Made by a program: the position numbers and the translations under genes. Shown one piece after another: positions 9,388 through 18,037 of a stretch of 32,000 nucleotides of DNA. The stretch is from Acinetobacter wanghuae (lineage in GTDB: Bacteria > Pseudomonadota > Gammaproteobacteria > Pseudomonadales > Moraxellaceae), in the NCBI RefSeq assembly GCF_009557235.1, contig NZ_CP045650.1, positions 1,770,001 through 1,802,000 on the forward strand, written 5' to 3'. Positions within the stretch are counted from its first letter, which is position 1. Each line of letters starts with the position of its first letter. Below the pieces are notes generated by a model, which saw only the letters and a list, made by a program, of their open reading frames with translations, had not been told where the DNA came from and searched no databases.

Positions 9388-9520
9388 TTGTGCTGACTTA
9401 GAAAAGTTCACACAATGATCAGGAGATGAAGCAAATACAAAACTTAGCAGAAATTTTACCTGTTTTTTTAGGCTGTGTTTCACCCTAAATGTTAATTTTG
9501 ACTAATAAATACCCAAGATG

Positions 9521-9540
9521 TATTAGACTATAGTCTAATA
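9521..9540. promoter_or_regulatory. 20-bp perfect palindrome, candidate operator 94 bp upstream of the ybiB-like gene
   Basis: TATTAGACTATAGTCTAATA is its own reverse complement. Confidence 0.35.
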
Positions 9541-9633
9541 AAAGCCGATTTTGGCATGAAAATAATAATCCTACGAAATACCATTATCAACGTAAAATAT
9601 ATCCATACTTAAAGAACCCATTGATGCTTTAAA

Positions 9634-10635
9634 ATGACCACCAAACGAAATATTTATAAAGATGCTGAACATCCTTTTGCCCAATTTGTCCGTATTGTCG
9701 GTAAAGGTAAAAATGGTGCGCGCTCACTCAGTTTCGATGAAGCCTATCAAGCATTCAGTATGATTTTGAAGGATGAAGTGCTTGAGGTACAACTCGGGGC
9801 ATTCCTAATGTTATTACGGGTCAAAGAAGAATCTGTTGATGAAATTGCGGGTTTTGTACAAGCCACGCGTGATCAACTCAACTTCAAAACAATAGATGTC
9901 GATTTAGATTGGCCTTCTTATGCGGGTAAACGTAAGCATTATCCTTGGTTTATTTTAGCGGCACTGACTTTAGCGAAAAATGGTCATCGCATTGTGATGC
10001 ATGGTGCATCGGGTCATACCTTGAATCGTGTGTACACTGAGCAAGTGATCGAATACTTAGGCTATTCAATCGCACGGAATGATCAAGATGTGGAACATCA
10101 GCTTGAGCAGCATCATTTCGCTTATATTCCCTTAGATGTCATTTCACCAATTTTGGCAGATTTGATTGCGCTGCGGAATGTCATGGGTCTACGCTCGCCT
10201 ATTCACACTCTTGCGCGTTTAATCAATCCGTTTAATGCCAAAGCCACCTTACAGGCAATTTTCCATCCGGCTTATCGTGGTTCGCATCAACAAGCTGCAT
10301 TTAAGTTAGGCTATCAAAATAGTGCAGTGATTAAAGGTGAAGGCGGTGAGTTTGAACGTAATCCTGATGCGAAAACTTTAATTTGCGGGATTCATGAGGG
10401 TGAACTGTATGAACATGAACTGCCTAAATTGACCGAGAACCGCAGTCCCATTGAAGAAGAATTGAATTTAAGTGTCTTTAAAGCGGTATGGGATGGGCAA
10501 CAACATCATGACTATGGCGAAACGGCTGTCATCGAAACGATGGGGATTGCCTTGTATACCATGGGCAAGGCAGAAAATTTTGAAGTAGCGATGAGTAATG
10601 CGCGTGAGATGTGGAATAAGCGTCATTTGGCATAA
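9634..10635 (+). CDS. ybiB: TrpD2/YbiB-family protein (anthranilate phosphoribosyltransferase-like, nucleic-acid binding)
   Basis: The N-terminal helical bundle LGAFLMLLRVKEESVDEIAGF resembles TrpD, and the length is right (333 aa). It lacks the TrpD GTGGDG-type catalytic motif, as the YbiB subgroup does. Confidence 0.8.
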   Translation: MTTKRNIYKDAEHPFAQFVRIVGKGKNGARSLSFDEAYQAFSMILKDEVLEVQLGAFLMLLRVKEESVDEIAGFVQATRDQLNFKTIDVDLDWPSYAGKRKHYPWFILAALTLAKNGHRIVMHGASGHTLNRVYTEQVIEYLGYSIARNDQDVEHQLEQHHFAYIPLDVISPILADLIALRNVMGLRSPIHTLARLINPFNAKATLQAIFHPAYRGSHQQAAFKLGYQNSAVIKGEGGEFERNPDAKTLICGIHEGELYEHELPKLTENRSPIEEELNLSVFKAVWDGQQHHDYGETAVIETMGIALYTMGKAENFEVAMSNAREMWNKRHLA

Positions 10636-10653
10636 ACTCAGTATTTGAAACAT

Positions 10654-10681
10654 AAAAAAGGATCCGACAGGATCCTTTTTT
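10654..10681. terminator. bidirectional rho-independent terminator
   Basis: A6, then stem GGATCC/GGATCC (10660-65/10670-75) with loop GACA, then T6. The flanking genes are convergent. Confidence 0.8.
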
Positions 10682-10694
10682 ACGCATATACAAT

Positions 10695-10964
10695 TTAAAC
10701 GAAACGAATGGGTTTAAATTCTGGTTCTTCTACATGAGAGTCACAATGTTCGTCTTCTTCTTTCGTACCGCGGTCAATAAAACCACTACGCTCAGTTTCA
10801 GGTAAATGTTTAATTTCCCATGCATACACGGCTTGCATACAGGTATGACGTTGCTCTTCAGTTAAGACCACGCCATTTGGCCATTTACCAATTTCAATGG
10901 CAGTACGTAAGCGATCTACAATCTCAGGATTGAGCACCGCAAGCATTTGTTCAATATTCATCAT
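10695..10964 (-). CDS. yeaC: YeaC/DUF1315-family protein
   Basis: 89 aa. TAIEIGKWPNGVVLTEEQRHTCMQAV matches E. coli YeaC as I remember it (AVELGKWPDGVALTEEQKENCLQLV). Its ATG directly abuts the nadK stop codon. Confidence 0.8.
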   Translation of the reverse strand: MMNIEQMLAVLNPEIVDRLRTAIEIGKWPNGVVLTEEQRHTCMQAVYAWEIKHLPETERSGFIDRGTKEEDEHCDSHVEEPEFKPIRFV

Positions 10965-11894
10965 TTAATCCTGATTAAAATAGTCAAAATCTTGGTTCCA
11001 ACCGAGTTTGGTACGACATGCCATATAGAAGTCATACCCTGGCGGATGCAATAAATGCAATTTAAATGGATGCTTACGAATATGAATACTGTCACCCACA
11101 TTCAAAGCAACGCTGTTTTGTCCATCCGCGCTGACCATCGGTAGCACGCGATTTTCACGAATCATGAGTTTAATTTCGCTTTGCCCCCCCACCACAATCG
11201 GTCGTGATGACAAGGTATGCGGATGCATCGGCACTAAAGCAATCGCATCCATACTTGGATGCAAGATAGGACCACCACCAGACAATGCATAAGCAGTTGA
11301 ACCCGTCGGCGTTGAAATGATTAAGCCGTCACTGTGTTGACGATATACATATTGACCATCAATGTTCAGCTCAAAATCAATCATATGTACCGAACGACCA
11401 GAATGCAGAACCACATCATTAAGTGCAATCGCATCGTAGATCGTTTCACCTTTTGAACGGATTTCCATTTCAAGTAAAAAACGGCGTTCAAGTTGGAACT
11501 CACCTTTTAACACCTGATCGAGCTTAAAGATGACTTCTGTGGGTTTAATGTCCGTTAGAAAACCTAAACGACCTCGGTTGACCCCAATCACGGGAATATT
11601 ATATTTCACCAAGGCACGTGCGGCATGTAATAAAGAGCCATCACCGCCGACCACAATCACCAAATCCACCACTTCACCGAGTAAGGCACGGCTTACTGTT
11701 TGTGTGTTTTGATAAGGCACCAATTGTGCTGTATCGGCATCAAATACAGGATGCAAACCTATACTTAACAGATGATCGTGAATAAGACACAAGGTTTCAA
11801 CTACAGAGGATTTCTCGGGTCGTCCTATTAAACCAATATTTCGAAATGTCTTATGTGAAAATATCACCAGTCTCGTCGCTCCACTACGATTCAA
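10965..11894 (-). CDS. nadK: NAD(+) kinase
   Basis: VVGGDGSLL (GGDG), NDVV and TPTGSTAYALSGGGPI. The start is uncertain: TTG at 11894 in the track, with a GTG 27 nt downstream also possible. Confidence 0.9.
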   Translation of the reverse strand: MNRSGATRLVIFSHKTFRNIGLIGRPEKSSVVETLCLIHDHLLSIGLHPVFDADTAQLVPYQNTQTVSRALLGEVVDLVIVVGGDGSLLHAARALVKYNIPVIGVNRGRLGFLTDIKPTEVIFKLDQVLKGEFQLERRFLLEMEIRSKGETIYDAIALNDVVLHSGRSVHMIDFELNIDGQYVYRQHSDGLIISTPTGSTAYALSGGGPILHPSMDAIALVPMHPHTLSSRPIVVGGQSEIKLMIRENRVLPMVSADGQNSVALNVGDSIHIRKHPFKLHLLHPPGYDFYMACRTKLGWNQDFDYFNQD

Positions 11895-12097
11895 GCTTAT
11901 AATAGCATTAAGCCTAGGTTACTTGGCAATGCATAACACTGACTTCATGGTGATTGGCTGTCTCTTTTTTGCAATGGATTAAGTCCTTTTTTAGCGCTGT
12001 ATTTCTGACTTTTTAGCGCATTTAAACGTTTAAATATTGCAAAAAAGCAAAAAGCTTCGCATGATTAGCACAATTTAAAAGGTTTTTATCATTATTT

Positions 12098-14488
12098 ATG
12101 AAATCTGAACGTGGCTTAGGTTTTATTGCTTTAATTTTCTCAGTCTTAGTAATATCAGCATTCGTTGCTTTTAGTATCTACCTGATTAGATTAGACAATA
12201 TTGTACGTGAAAAATTTGAAGGTCAACGTTGGGATATTCCTGCAAAAGTCTTTGCACGCCCGATGGATCTTTATATCAATGCACCTGTGAGCCAAACAGA
12301 TTTCCAAGAAGAACTCAAACTCTTAGGTTATAACGCATCAGACAGTTATACCAAATCGGGCAGCTACGTCACCTCAGGCAGCACGATGTATGTGCATACT
12401 CGTGGTTTTGATTTTGGTGACCGTGTAGAGCCTGAACAGATCCTTAAAGTTAACTTTGGCGCGGATCAAATTACAGAACTCAGTGCTACAAAACCGTCAA
12501 CCTCAGGTATTGCCCGCTTAGAACCGATGCTGATTGGCGGGATTTATCCGCAGCATAATGAAGACCGTGTTCTGATTAAACTCAATAAAGTGCCTAAACC
12601 GTTAATTGAAGCATTAATTGCGACGGAAGATCGTAACTTCTATCATCATCATGGGGTATCACCACGCGGGATTGCACGTGCCATCGTGAGTAATGTCACA
12701 GGTGGAAAACGTCAAGGTGGTTCAACGCTCACCCAACAATTGGTGAAAAACTTCTATTTATCGCCTGAACGCACCATTAAACGTAAAGCCAATGAAGCCT
12801 TTATGGCATTACTCATTGAGCTGCATTATGGCAAAGACGAAATTCTAGAAGCCTATTTAAATGAAGTAAATTTAGGTCAAAATGGTAACTATTCGATTAA
12901 TGGTTACGGTTTAGCATCACAGTTTTATTTTGGTTTACCGCTACCTGAACTTAATATTGCACAGCAAGCCTATTTGGTCGGTCTAGTCCAAGGACCAACA
13001 CTATATAATCCGTGGCGTAATCCTGAAGGGGCAAAAAAACGCCGTGATGTCGTATTACATAATATGCTTGTGATGGGTTTCTTAAGCCAAGCACAGTATG
13101 AGACCGAAACAGCACGTCCTCTCAATGTCATTACAAAACCAACATTGGGTCCTGCCCGCTTCCCTGACTTTTTAGACATTGTCCGTCGTCAGTTACGCAC
13201 CGAATATCAAGAAGAAGATATGACCAATCAGGGTCTACGTATTTTTACAACGCTTGATCCTTTGGCACAAACTCGTATTCAAAGCAGCTTTAAATCCACA
13301 GTGGATGGTTTAACCAAAGCCAATCCAAAACGTTTAAAAGATTTGCAAGGTGCGGTGTTGGTCACCAATCCTGAAAATGGTGAATTGGTCGCAGCCTTAG
13401 GTTCAACACAAGACTTTACTGGATTTAACCGTGCCATTGATGCTAAGCGTCAAGTCGGCTCTTTGCTCAAACCCATTATTTATTTAAGTGCCATTGAATC
13501 TAATCGTTATACGCTTGCGAGTCCAATTCCTGATTCAGAAGTCAGTATTCAAAGTGATGGTAAAACGTGGACACCGAAGAATTATAGTGGTCGTGAACAT
13601 GGCGTTGTGCCGATGTCTCAAGCGCTTGCACAGTCTTATAATTTGGCAACAGTGCGCTTAGCACAAGAATTTGGTTTGTCTACTTTTATAAATCAATTGA
13701 AAAAATTCGGCGTGACTTCGGATATTCCATCCTACCCATCGATTTATTTGGGTGCCGTTAATATGTCACCGATGGAAGTGATGAGTATTTACGGTAACTT
13801 CGCCTCAGGGGGTGTTAAGCATCCGACTACAGCCATTCGATCAGTGGTCGATTCAAATGGACGCTCACTTGATCGTTATAGCTTAAGTTTGCAATCTACG
13901 ATTAACCCTTCTTCTGCTTATATTTTAAATAATGGCTTACAGCAAGTCATGACCTCAGGTACAGGTCAAGCTGCTTATAATACATTCCCAAGAAGTTTAG
14001 GCTTAGCAGGAAAATCGGGTACGACCAATGATACTCGTGACTCATGGTTTGCGGGCTATTCGGGCAATTATTTGACTGTGGTTTGGTTAGGCTTAGATGA
14101 CAATAAAGTCACCGGTTTAACAGGCTCTTCAGGTGCGCTTCCCGTGTGGATCAACGTAATGAAAAACTTACGTCAAAAGCCTGTTGCCCTCACTCAACCG
14201 AATGATGTGCTATGGCAATGGATTGACCGTAGTACAGGACATCTTTCAGCGCAAGGTTGTGAAGGCGCGATGTATATTCCACTGACGCGCCATGCAATGC
14301 CTAATCAAGCGACAGCTTGTGGGATTACCGAACATGCACCCCAAAAACATACTGTTGATTCTGAAGAACCGAAAGATCCATTCAATGACAACAGTTCAAG
14401 TGGATATATCCAAGAAAGTGACAGTTCTTACGACAATAGTTCTTCTGGTGAAACTCGAATTTTATCGAGTGGAAGTTATTCTGAGTAA
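12098..14488 (+). CDS. mrcB: penicillin-binding protein 1B (bifunctional glycosyltransferase/transpeptidase)
   Basis: N-terminal TM helix and a UB2H-like insert between the TM helix and the GT51 domain. GT51 motifs EDRNFYHHHG, GGSTLTQQL and RKANE. Transpeptidase motifs SLLK (SxxK), SYN (SxN) and KSGT (KTG). Confidence 0.95.
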   Translation: MKSERGLGFIALIFSVLVISAFVAFSIYLIRLDNIVREKFEGQRWDIPAKVFARPMDLYINAPVSQTDFQEELKLLGYNASDSYTKSGSYVTSGSTMYVHTRGFDFGDRVEPEQILKVNFGADQITELSATKPSTSGIARLEPMLIGGIYPQHNEDRVLIKLNKVPKPLIEALIATEDRNFYHHHGVSPRGIARAIVSNVTGGKRQGGSTLTQQLVKNFYLSPERTIKRKANEAFMALLIELHYGKDEILEAYLNEVNLGQNGNYSINGYGLASQFYFGLPLPELNIAQQAYLVGLVQGPTLYNPWRNPEGAKKRRDVVLHNMLVMGFLSQAQYETETARPLNVITKPTLGPARFPDFLDIVRRQLRTEYQEEDMTNQGLRIFTTLDPLAQTRIQSSFKSTVDGLTKANPKRLKDLQGAVLVTNPENGELVAALGSTQDFTGFNRAIDAKRQVGSLLKPIIYLSAIESNRYTLASPIPDSEVSIQSDGKTWTPKNYSGREHGVVPMSQALAQSYNLATVRLAQEFGLSTFINQLKKFGVTSDIPSYPSIYLGAVNMSPMEVMSIYGNFASGGVKHPTTAIRSVVDSNGRSLDRYSLSLQSTINPSSAYILNNGLQQVMTSGTGQAAYNTFPRSLGLAGKSGTTNDTRDSWFAGYSGNYLTVVWLGLDDNKVTGLTGSSGALPVWINVMKNLRQKPVALTQPNDVLWQWIDRSTGHLSAQGCEGAMYIPLTRHAMPNQATACGITEHAPQKHTVDSEEPKDPFNDNSSSGYIQESDSSYDNSSSGETRILSSGSYSE

Positions 14489-14495
14489 TTGCCAT

Positions 14496-14687
14496 ATGAA
14501 ACATTTATTTTGCTTTGGTGTAATTGTATTGGCATGTACGGGCTGTCAAAGTCCGACGCCTTCTGTGCCTGTGGCAGAAGTATTACCCGTGAAAACACCA
14601 GCAGGCATTCCAACACCTGATGGCATTGTCATTACACCGTATGACTATCCTGAGATTAAGCGTCAACAGGTCACGATACCTGAATAA
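14496..14687 (+). CDS. small proline-rich lipoprotein (63-aa precursor, ~50-aa mature)
   Basis: The ATG lies 7 nt after the mrcB stop. Signal peptide MKHLFCFGVIVLA|C has an acceptable lipobox (I-V-L-A-C) and Thr at +2. The track's longer ORF from 14292 overlaps mrcB and is discounted. Confidence 0.65.
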   Translation: MKHLFCFGVIVLACTGCQSPTPSVPVAEVLPVKTPAGIPTPDGIVITPYDYPEIKRQQVTIPE

Positions 14688-14704
14688 AGAGTATGGTGAC
14701 TGAT

Positions 14705-15622
14705 CTACTCTGATGGCATTATTGAGACATCACCTATTCTTGCAATGCCATAAGCGCCATATTCTTGGACGATGGCAAGATTATTTTCATTCATATCCCC
14801 GAGAGCAAAGACGGGAATATCCACTCGTGAAGCAATGGATTTAAATTGCGCCCATTCCAATTTTGATCTTTCAGAATATGTTGTCGTATCGGATATAGTA
14901 CAAAGCAATACGGCATCACAACCGATATCCACCGCATGTTGCACAGATTCAAAATTATAACAGGTAGCAAGATAACGTTTGCCTACGATTAACTCGCCTT
15001 TTTGTTTTGACATCAGTTGATGCGGTTCTAGATGCACTGATTTAATTTTGCCTTGCAACGCTAGATCCAAAGCCTGAAATAAAGAATCATTGATGATCAA
15101 CTGATCTAAATGCTGTTGATCAATATTCTGTAGCAGTTGAACTTGATTTGAATCTGCATCAACACCCCAATACATCAATTGTTGATCTTTTAAAGTGAAT
15201 AAGTCTGATAATTCCGCTGAAATTTTAATGTCTTTTTTCCAATACAAACGCTGAATCATAGCTATATTGGCTTTAGGAAATTTCAGATCCAAAAGTTGTG
15301 GGCGTGTATACCATGTCCACGGTTGTCGAATTTGATCTAATTGATTTATCGGTACATGCGCGAAAAATAAATGCAGATGAACAATCACATCCTCATATTC
15401 ATGTCGAATAAAATCAAATGGATGCCAATCTATTATATCAATCCCAACTTCTTCAAAGACTTCACGTCGACATGCTTGCTTTGGTGTTTCACCCGCTTCA
15501 ACCTTACCGCCCGGAAACTCATGTTTATTACCTTGATGCTGCTTTGCTTCGCGCCATCCAACAAGAATCTGCGTTTTAAAGTTTAAGATTGCAATCGCAA
15601 CATGAATATTGGGCTTAGACAT
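14705..15622 (-). CDS. NUDIX hydrolase (MutT-like) fused to a thiamine-phosphate-synthase-like (ThiE-like) domain
   Basis: Nudix box GGKVEAGETPKQACRREVFEEVGI (G-x5-E-x7-REUxEExGU) in the N-terminal half. The C-terminal ~150 aa look like a TIM-barrel ThiE-like domain (GCDAVLL, PVFALGDM, AYGIA). Confidence 0.85.
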   Translation of the reverse strand: MSKPNIHVAIAILNFKTQILVGWREAKQHQGNKHEFPGGKVEAGETPKQACRREVFEEVGIDIIDWHPFDFIRHEYEDVIVHLHLFFAHVPINQLDQIRQPWTWYTRPQLLDLKFPKANIAMIQRLYWKKDIKISAELSDLFTLKDQQLMYWGVDADSNQVQLLQNIDQQHLDQLIINDSLFQALDLALQGKIKSVHLEPHQLMSKQKGELIVGKRYLATCYNFESVQHAVDIGCDAVLLCTISDTTTYSERSKLEWAQFKSIASRVDIPVFALGDMNENNLAIVQEYGAYGIARIGDVSIMPSE

Positions 15623-15695
15623 AAACTGATCATTTGAGAAATTTTGCTAAATTGTAAACGCAATCCGTTATTTTATACATTCTAAAAATCAGTCA

Positions 15696-15729
15696 TTGAC
15701 AGATCTATTCGATAATGATTATCATTTAA
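15696..15729 (+). promoter_or_regulatory. sigma70-type promoter with overlapping Fur box upstream of hemP
   Basis: -35 TTGACA (15696-15701), an 18-nt spacer and -10 TATCAT (15720-15725). GATAATGATTATCATTTAA (15711-15729) matches the 19-bp Fur consensus GATAATGATAATCATTATC at 15 of 19 positions. Confidence 0.75.
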
Positions 15730-15762
15730 ACCAATCCTAAAGCACACCACGGAGTCGATGGA

Positions 15763-15933
15763 ATGAACGCACCTTTTAACTTATTTACCCGTAGTACAGA
15801 GCCGCATCATGCATTTCCAATGTTGCATTCAAATAACTTATTTGCACTCGGACGAGAAATTCGAATTATGCACGCAGGTGAGGAATATCGCTTACGCTTA
15901 ACGCGTAATAATCGTTTAATTTTGACTAAATAA
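15763..15933 (+). CDS. hemP: hemin-uptake protein HemP/HmuP family (56 aa), not in the ORF track
   Basis: GGAG sits 8 nt upstream of the ATG. Translation is MNAPFNLFTRSTEPHHAFPMLHSNNLFALGREIRIMHAGEEYRLRLTRNNRLILTK; the C-terminal H-x-G-x-x-YRLR-x-T-x-x-x-KLILTK pattern is the HemP signature. A Fur box lies upstream and a terminator downstream. Confidence 0.8.
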   Translation: MNAPFNLFTRSTEPHHAFPMLHSNNLFALGREIRIMHAGEEYRLRLTRNNRLILTK

Positions 15934-15969
15934 AAATCAAAAAAAACTAAAAAAATAAACGTGGTAAGT

Positions 15970-16001
15970 AGCAGTATGAATCAGCGCATACTGCTTTTTT
16001 T
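15970..16001 (+). terminator. rho-independent terminator after hemP
   Basis: 9-bp stem AGCAGTATG/CATACTGCT with an 8-nt loop, then T7. It overlaps the stop codon of the convergent kinase gene. Confidence 0.8.
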
Positions 16002-17325
16002 ATTTCAGGATCGACCGTTTAAATTCAAGACGTACTTTAAGTCCCCCTAAAGGAGAGGATTCAATCAGTAAATCGGCCTGATGCAAGTCCATAATTTTTT
16101 TAACAATCGATAGCCCTAACCCTGAACCCTGTGTGTCCGTACCTAAGACACGATAAAAACGCTCTCCTAGCCGAGCAACGACATCAGCAGGCAGACCTTC
16201 TCCTGAATTTTCAATTTGTATAAAACAATGAGGATGATCAAACCCTGATTCAATCCGAATCTCACCATCTTCTGGGGTATATTTCAGTGCATTTTCAAGC
16301 AAATTACGCAAACAAATCAGTATAAAATCTTGATGTGCTTGAATCTCTATATGTTGAGAATATAACTGGACTTGGATATTTTTCTCTAAGAGTGCACTTT
16401 CATAGGGTGATAACGTCTTTTGAATTAAATCATCGATATTAAGCATTTCTGTTTGAATGGAATCGGTTGGATCTAAACGCGCCAAGAATAATAGGTTTTC
16501 AAGAATCGCTGTGCCACGTCTAACATCGGCTTGAATCACGGTTAAATCTGAACTTAAAGCTTCATTTTGCTGATATTTCCGCTTTAATAATTGCAAACGC
16601 AGTTGAATCGCTGAAAGTGGCGACCTCAACTCATGTGATGCATCTGCGGTAAAGCGCTGCTCAGATAAAATTGATTGCTCTACCCGTTTTAACATTAGAT
16701 TTAACTGATCGACGATTGGTTGTAACTCTTGAATAGGCGGTTGTGGGTGATCAATGGGCGTTAAATCAAGTGCAGATTTTGATGAAATTGCCTGTGAAAT
16801 ATCTCTTAAAGGTTTTAACTGACGTTTAACCAAAATATATAAAATGACAAGCTGAATCAGCCACAGTAACAATAATACCAAGCTAAAACTGAGGATACTT
16901 TGCCAGACTTCTTCAAAACGAACATGCAGTGGCTGTACCACTTTGACATGAAGTTGCTCATTTTCAGCCGTGTAAATCCGTATAATCCGACCGTGGTCAT
17001 AGTCAAAAGAATAACCTGACTTCGCGACATCTTGGGGATGAATATAGTGCTGACTTTGTGATGTTGTTAGAAGTTGATCATTCAAATAAAGTGCATATTC
17101 AATGTCGAATTCTTCACTTAAATCATCAATTTGATTGCCTTTGACTTGGTTGACATCCCCCAACAGAAATTCAGAGATTTCTTGCATAAATTCATCATGT
17201 AAATTCATGCTTTGGTAAATAGTAACGCCAATTAGGCAACACCAACCTAATAAACCAGCAAGAATAGAACTTAATAAAGCATTCTTAATCAGCTTATTTT
17301 GCAAAGAAATCGTTTTTAGAATCAT
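16000..17325 (-). CDS. two-component sensor histidine kinase (QseC/PmrB-like architecture)
   Basis: Two TM helices flank a ~120-aa periplasmic segment. H-box SHELRSPL, N-box LLENALKYT, G-boxes ENSGEGL and GSGLGLSIV. Its start overlaps the regulator stop (ATGA). Confidence 0.9.
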   Translation of the reverse strand: MILKTISLQNKLIKNALLSSILAGLLGWCCLIGVTIYQSMNLHDEFMQEISEFLLGDVNQVKGNQIDDLSEEFDIEYALYLNDQLLTTSQSQHYIHPQDVAKSGYSFDYDHGRIIRIYTAENEQLHVKVVQPLHVRFEEVWQSILSFSLVLLLLWLIQLVILYILVKRQLKPLRDISQAISSKSALDLTPIDHPQPPIQELQPIVDQLNLMLKRVEQSILSEQRFTADASHELRSPLSAIQLRLQLLKRKYQQNEALSSDLTVIQADVRRGTAILENLLFLARLDPTDSIQTEMLNIDDLIQKTLSPYESALLEKNIQVQLYSQHIEIQAHQDFILICLRNLLENALKYTPEDGEIRIESGFDHPHCFIQIENSGEGLPADVVARLGERFYRVLGTDTQGSGLGLSIVKKIMDLHQADLLIESSPLGGLKVRLEFKRSILK

Positions 17326-17990
17326 TCAGGTGTAACCTTCGCCATACGATAACCTAGTCCACGCACGGTTTTGATCATTTCAGCACCAATCTTTTTACGC
17401 AATTGGTAAATAAAAACTTCAATCGCATTACTCTCGATTTCATCGCCCCATGCGTATAAAGATGCTTCCAGTTGTTCACGCGTGACAATATGTTCAGGCT
17501 TTTGCATGAGTTTATGTAAAATTTGAAATTCTTTAGCCGTTAAATTAACGGCTTGATCATCTTGCTTGAGGCTTTTGGCTTGTACATCTAACTGTAAATT
17601 TTGCCAAACCAACACGTCCGTCGCGGTCTGTTGATGCGATCGCAGTTGTGCACGAATACGGGCGGATAGCTCTTCTAAATTAAATGGTTTAACCAGATAA
17701 TCATTCGCGCCTAAATCCAAACCTTGAATTCGATCTTGCAGCTGATCCCGTGCGGTGAGAAAAATAACTGGTGTGGTTTTTTGCCGTGACCTTAACGCCA
17801 CTAAAATCTCATCACCCGATGCTTTTGGCAAACCACGATCAAGTAAAACACAATCATATTCATGCTGTTCGATGGCTAAAATGGCATGATCGCCACGTGC
17901 TACCCAATCAATCACATAGCCATCCATTTCCAACCAAGATTGAATACTTTCTGCCTGAGAAACATCATCTTCAGCCAACAAAATACGCAT
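17322..17990 (-). CDS. OmpR/PhoB-family response regulator (QseB-like)
   Basis: MRILLAEDD, the phospho-acceptor region DCVLLDRGLP, and a winged helix (LTAKEFQILHKLM, VRGLGYRM). I trimmed the start to 17990, which has AAGGAA 7 nt upstream. The track extension to 18101 runs through a terminator. Confidence 0.9.
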   Translation of the reverse strand: MRILLAEDDVSQAESIQSWLEMDGYVIDWVARGDHAILAIEQHEYDCVLLDRGLPKASGDEILVALRSRQKTTPVIFLTARDQLQDRIQGLDLGANDYLVKPFNLEELSARIRAQLRSHQQTATDVLVWQNLQLDVQAKSLKQDDQAVNLTAKEFQILHKLMQKPEHIVTREQLEASLYAWGDEIESNAIEVFIYQLRKKIGAEMIKTVRGLGYRMAKVTPE

Positions 17991-18037
17991 CGCAATATTC
18001 CTTATCTCTCTATCTAGATCATCTAAATAAATAGCGC

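Noticed and set aside
9220-9420. Sigma-54 (-24 TGGCAC / -12 TTGCW) promoter for dctA, as in rhizobia and pseudomonads.
   Set aside because: There is no GTGCCA or WGCAA pair with the right spacing on the relevant strand, and no DctBD-type regulator genes are in the window.
14292-14495. The upstream two-thirds of the 131-aa ORF that overlaps the 3' end of mrcB.
   Set aside because: It overlaps a well-supported coding frame and has no signal or motif. The lipoprotein signal peptide begins exactly at the internal ATG at 14496, after the mrcB stop.
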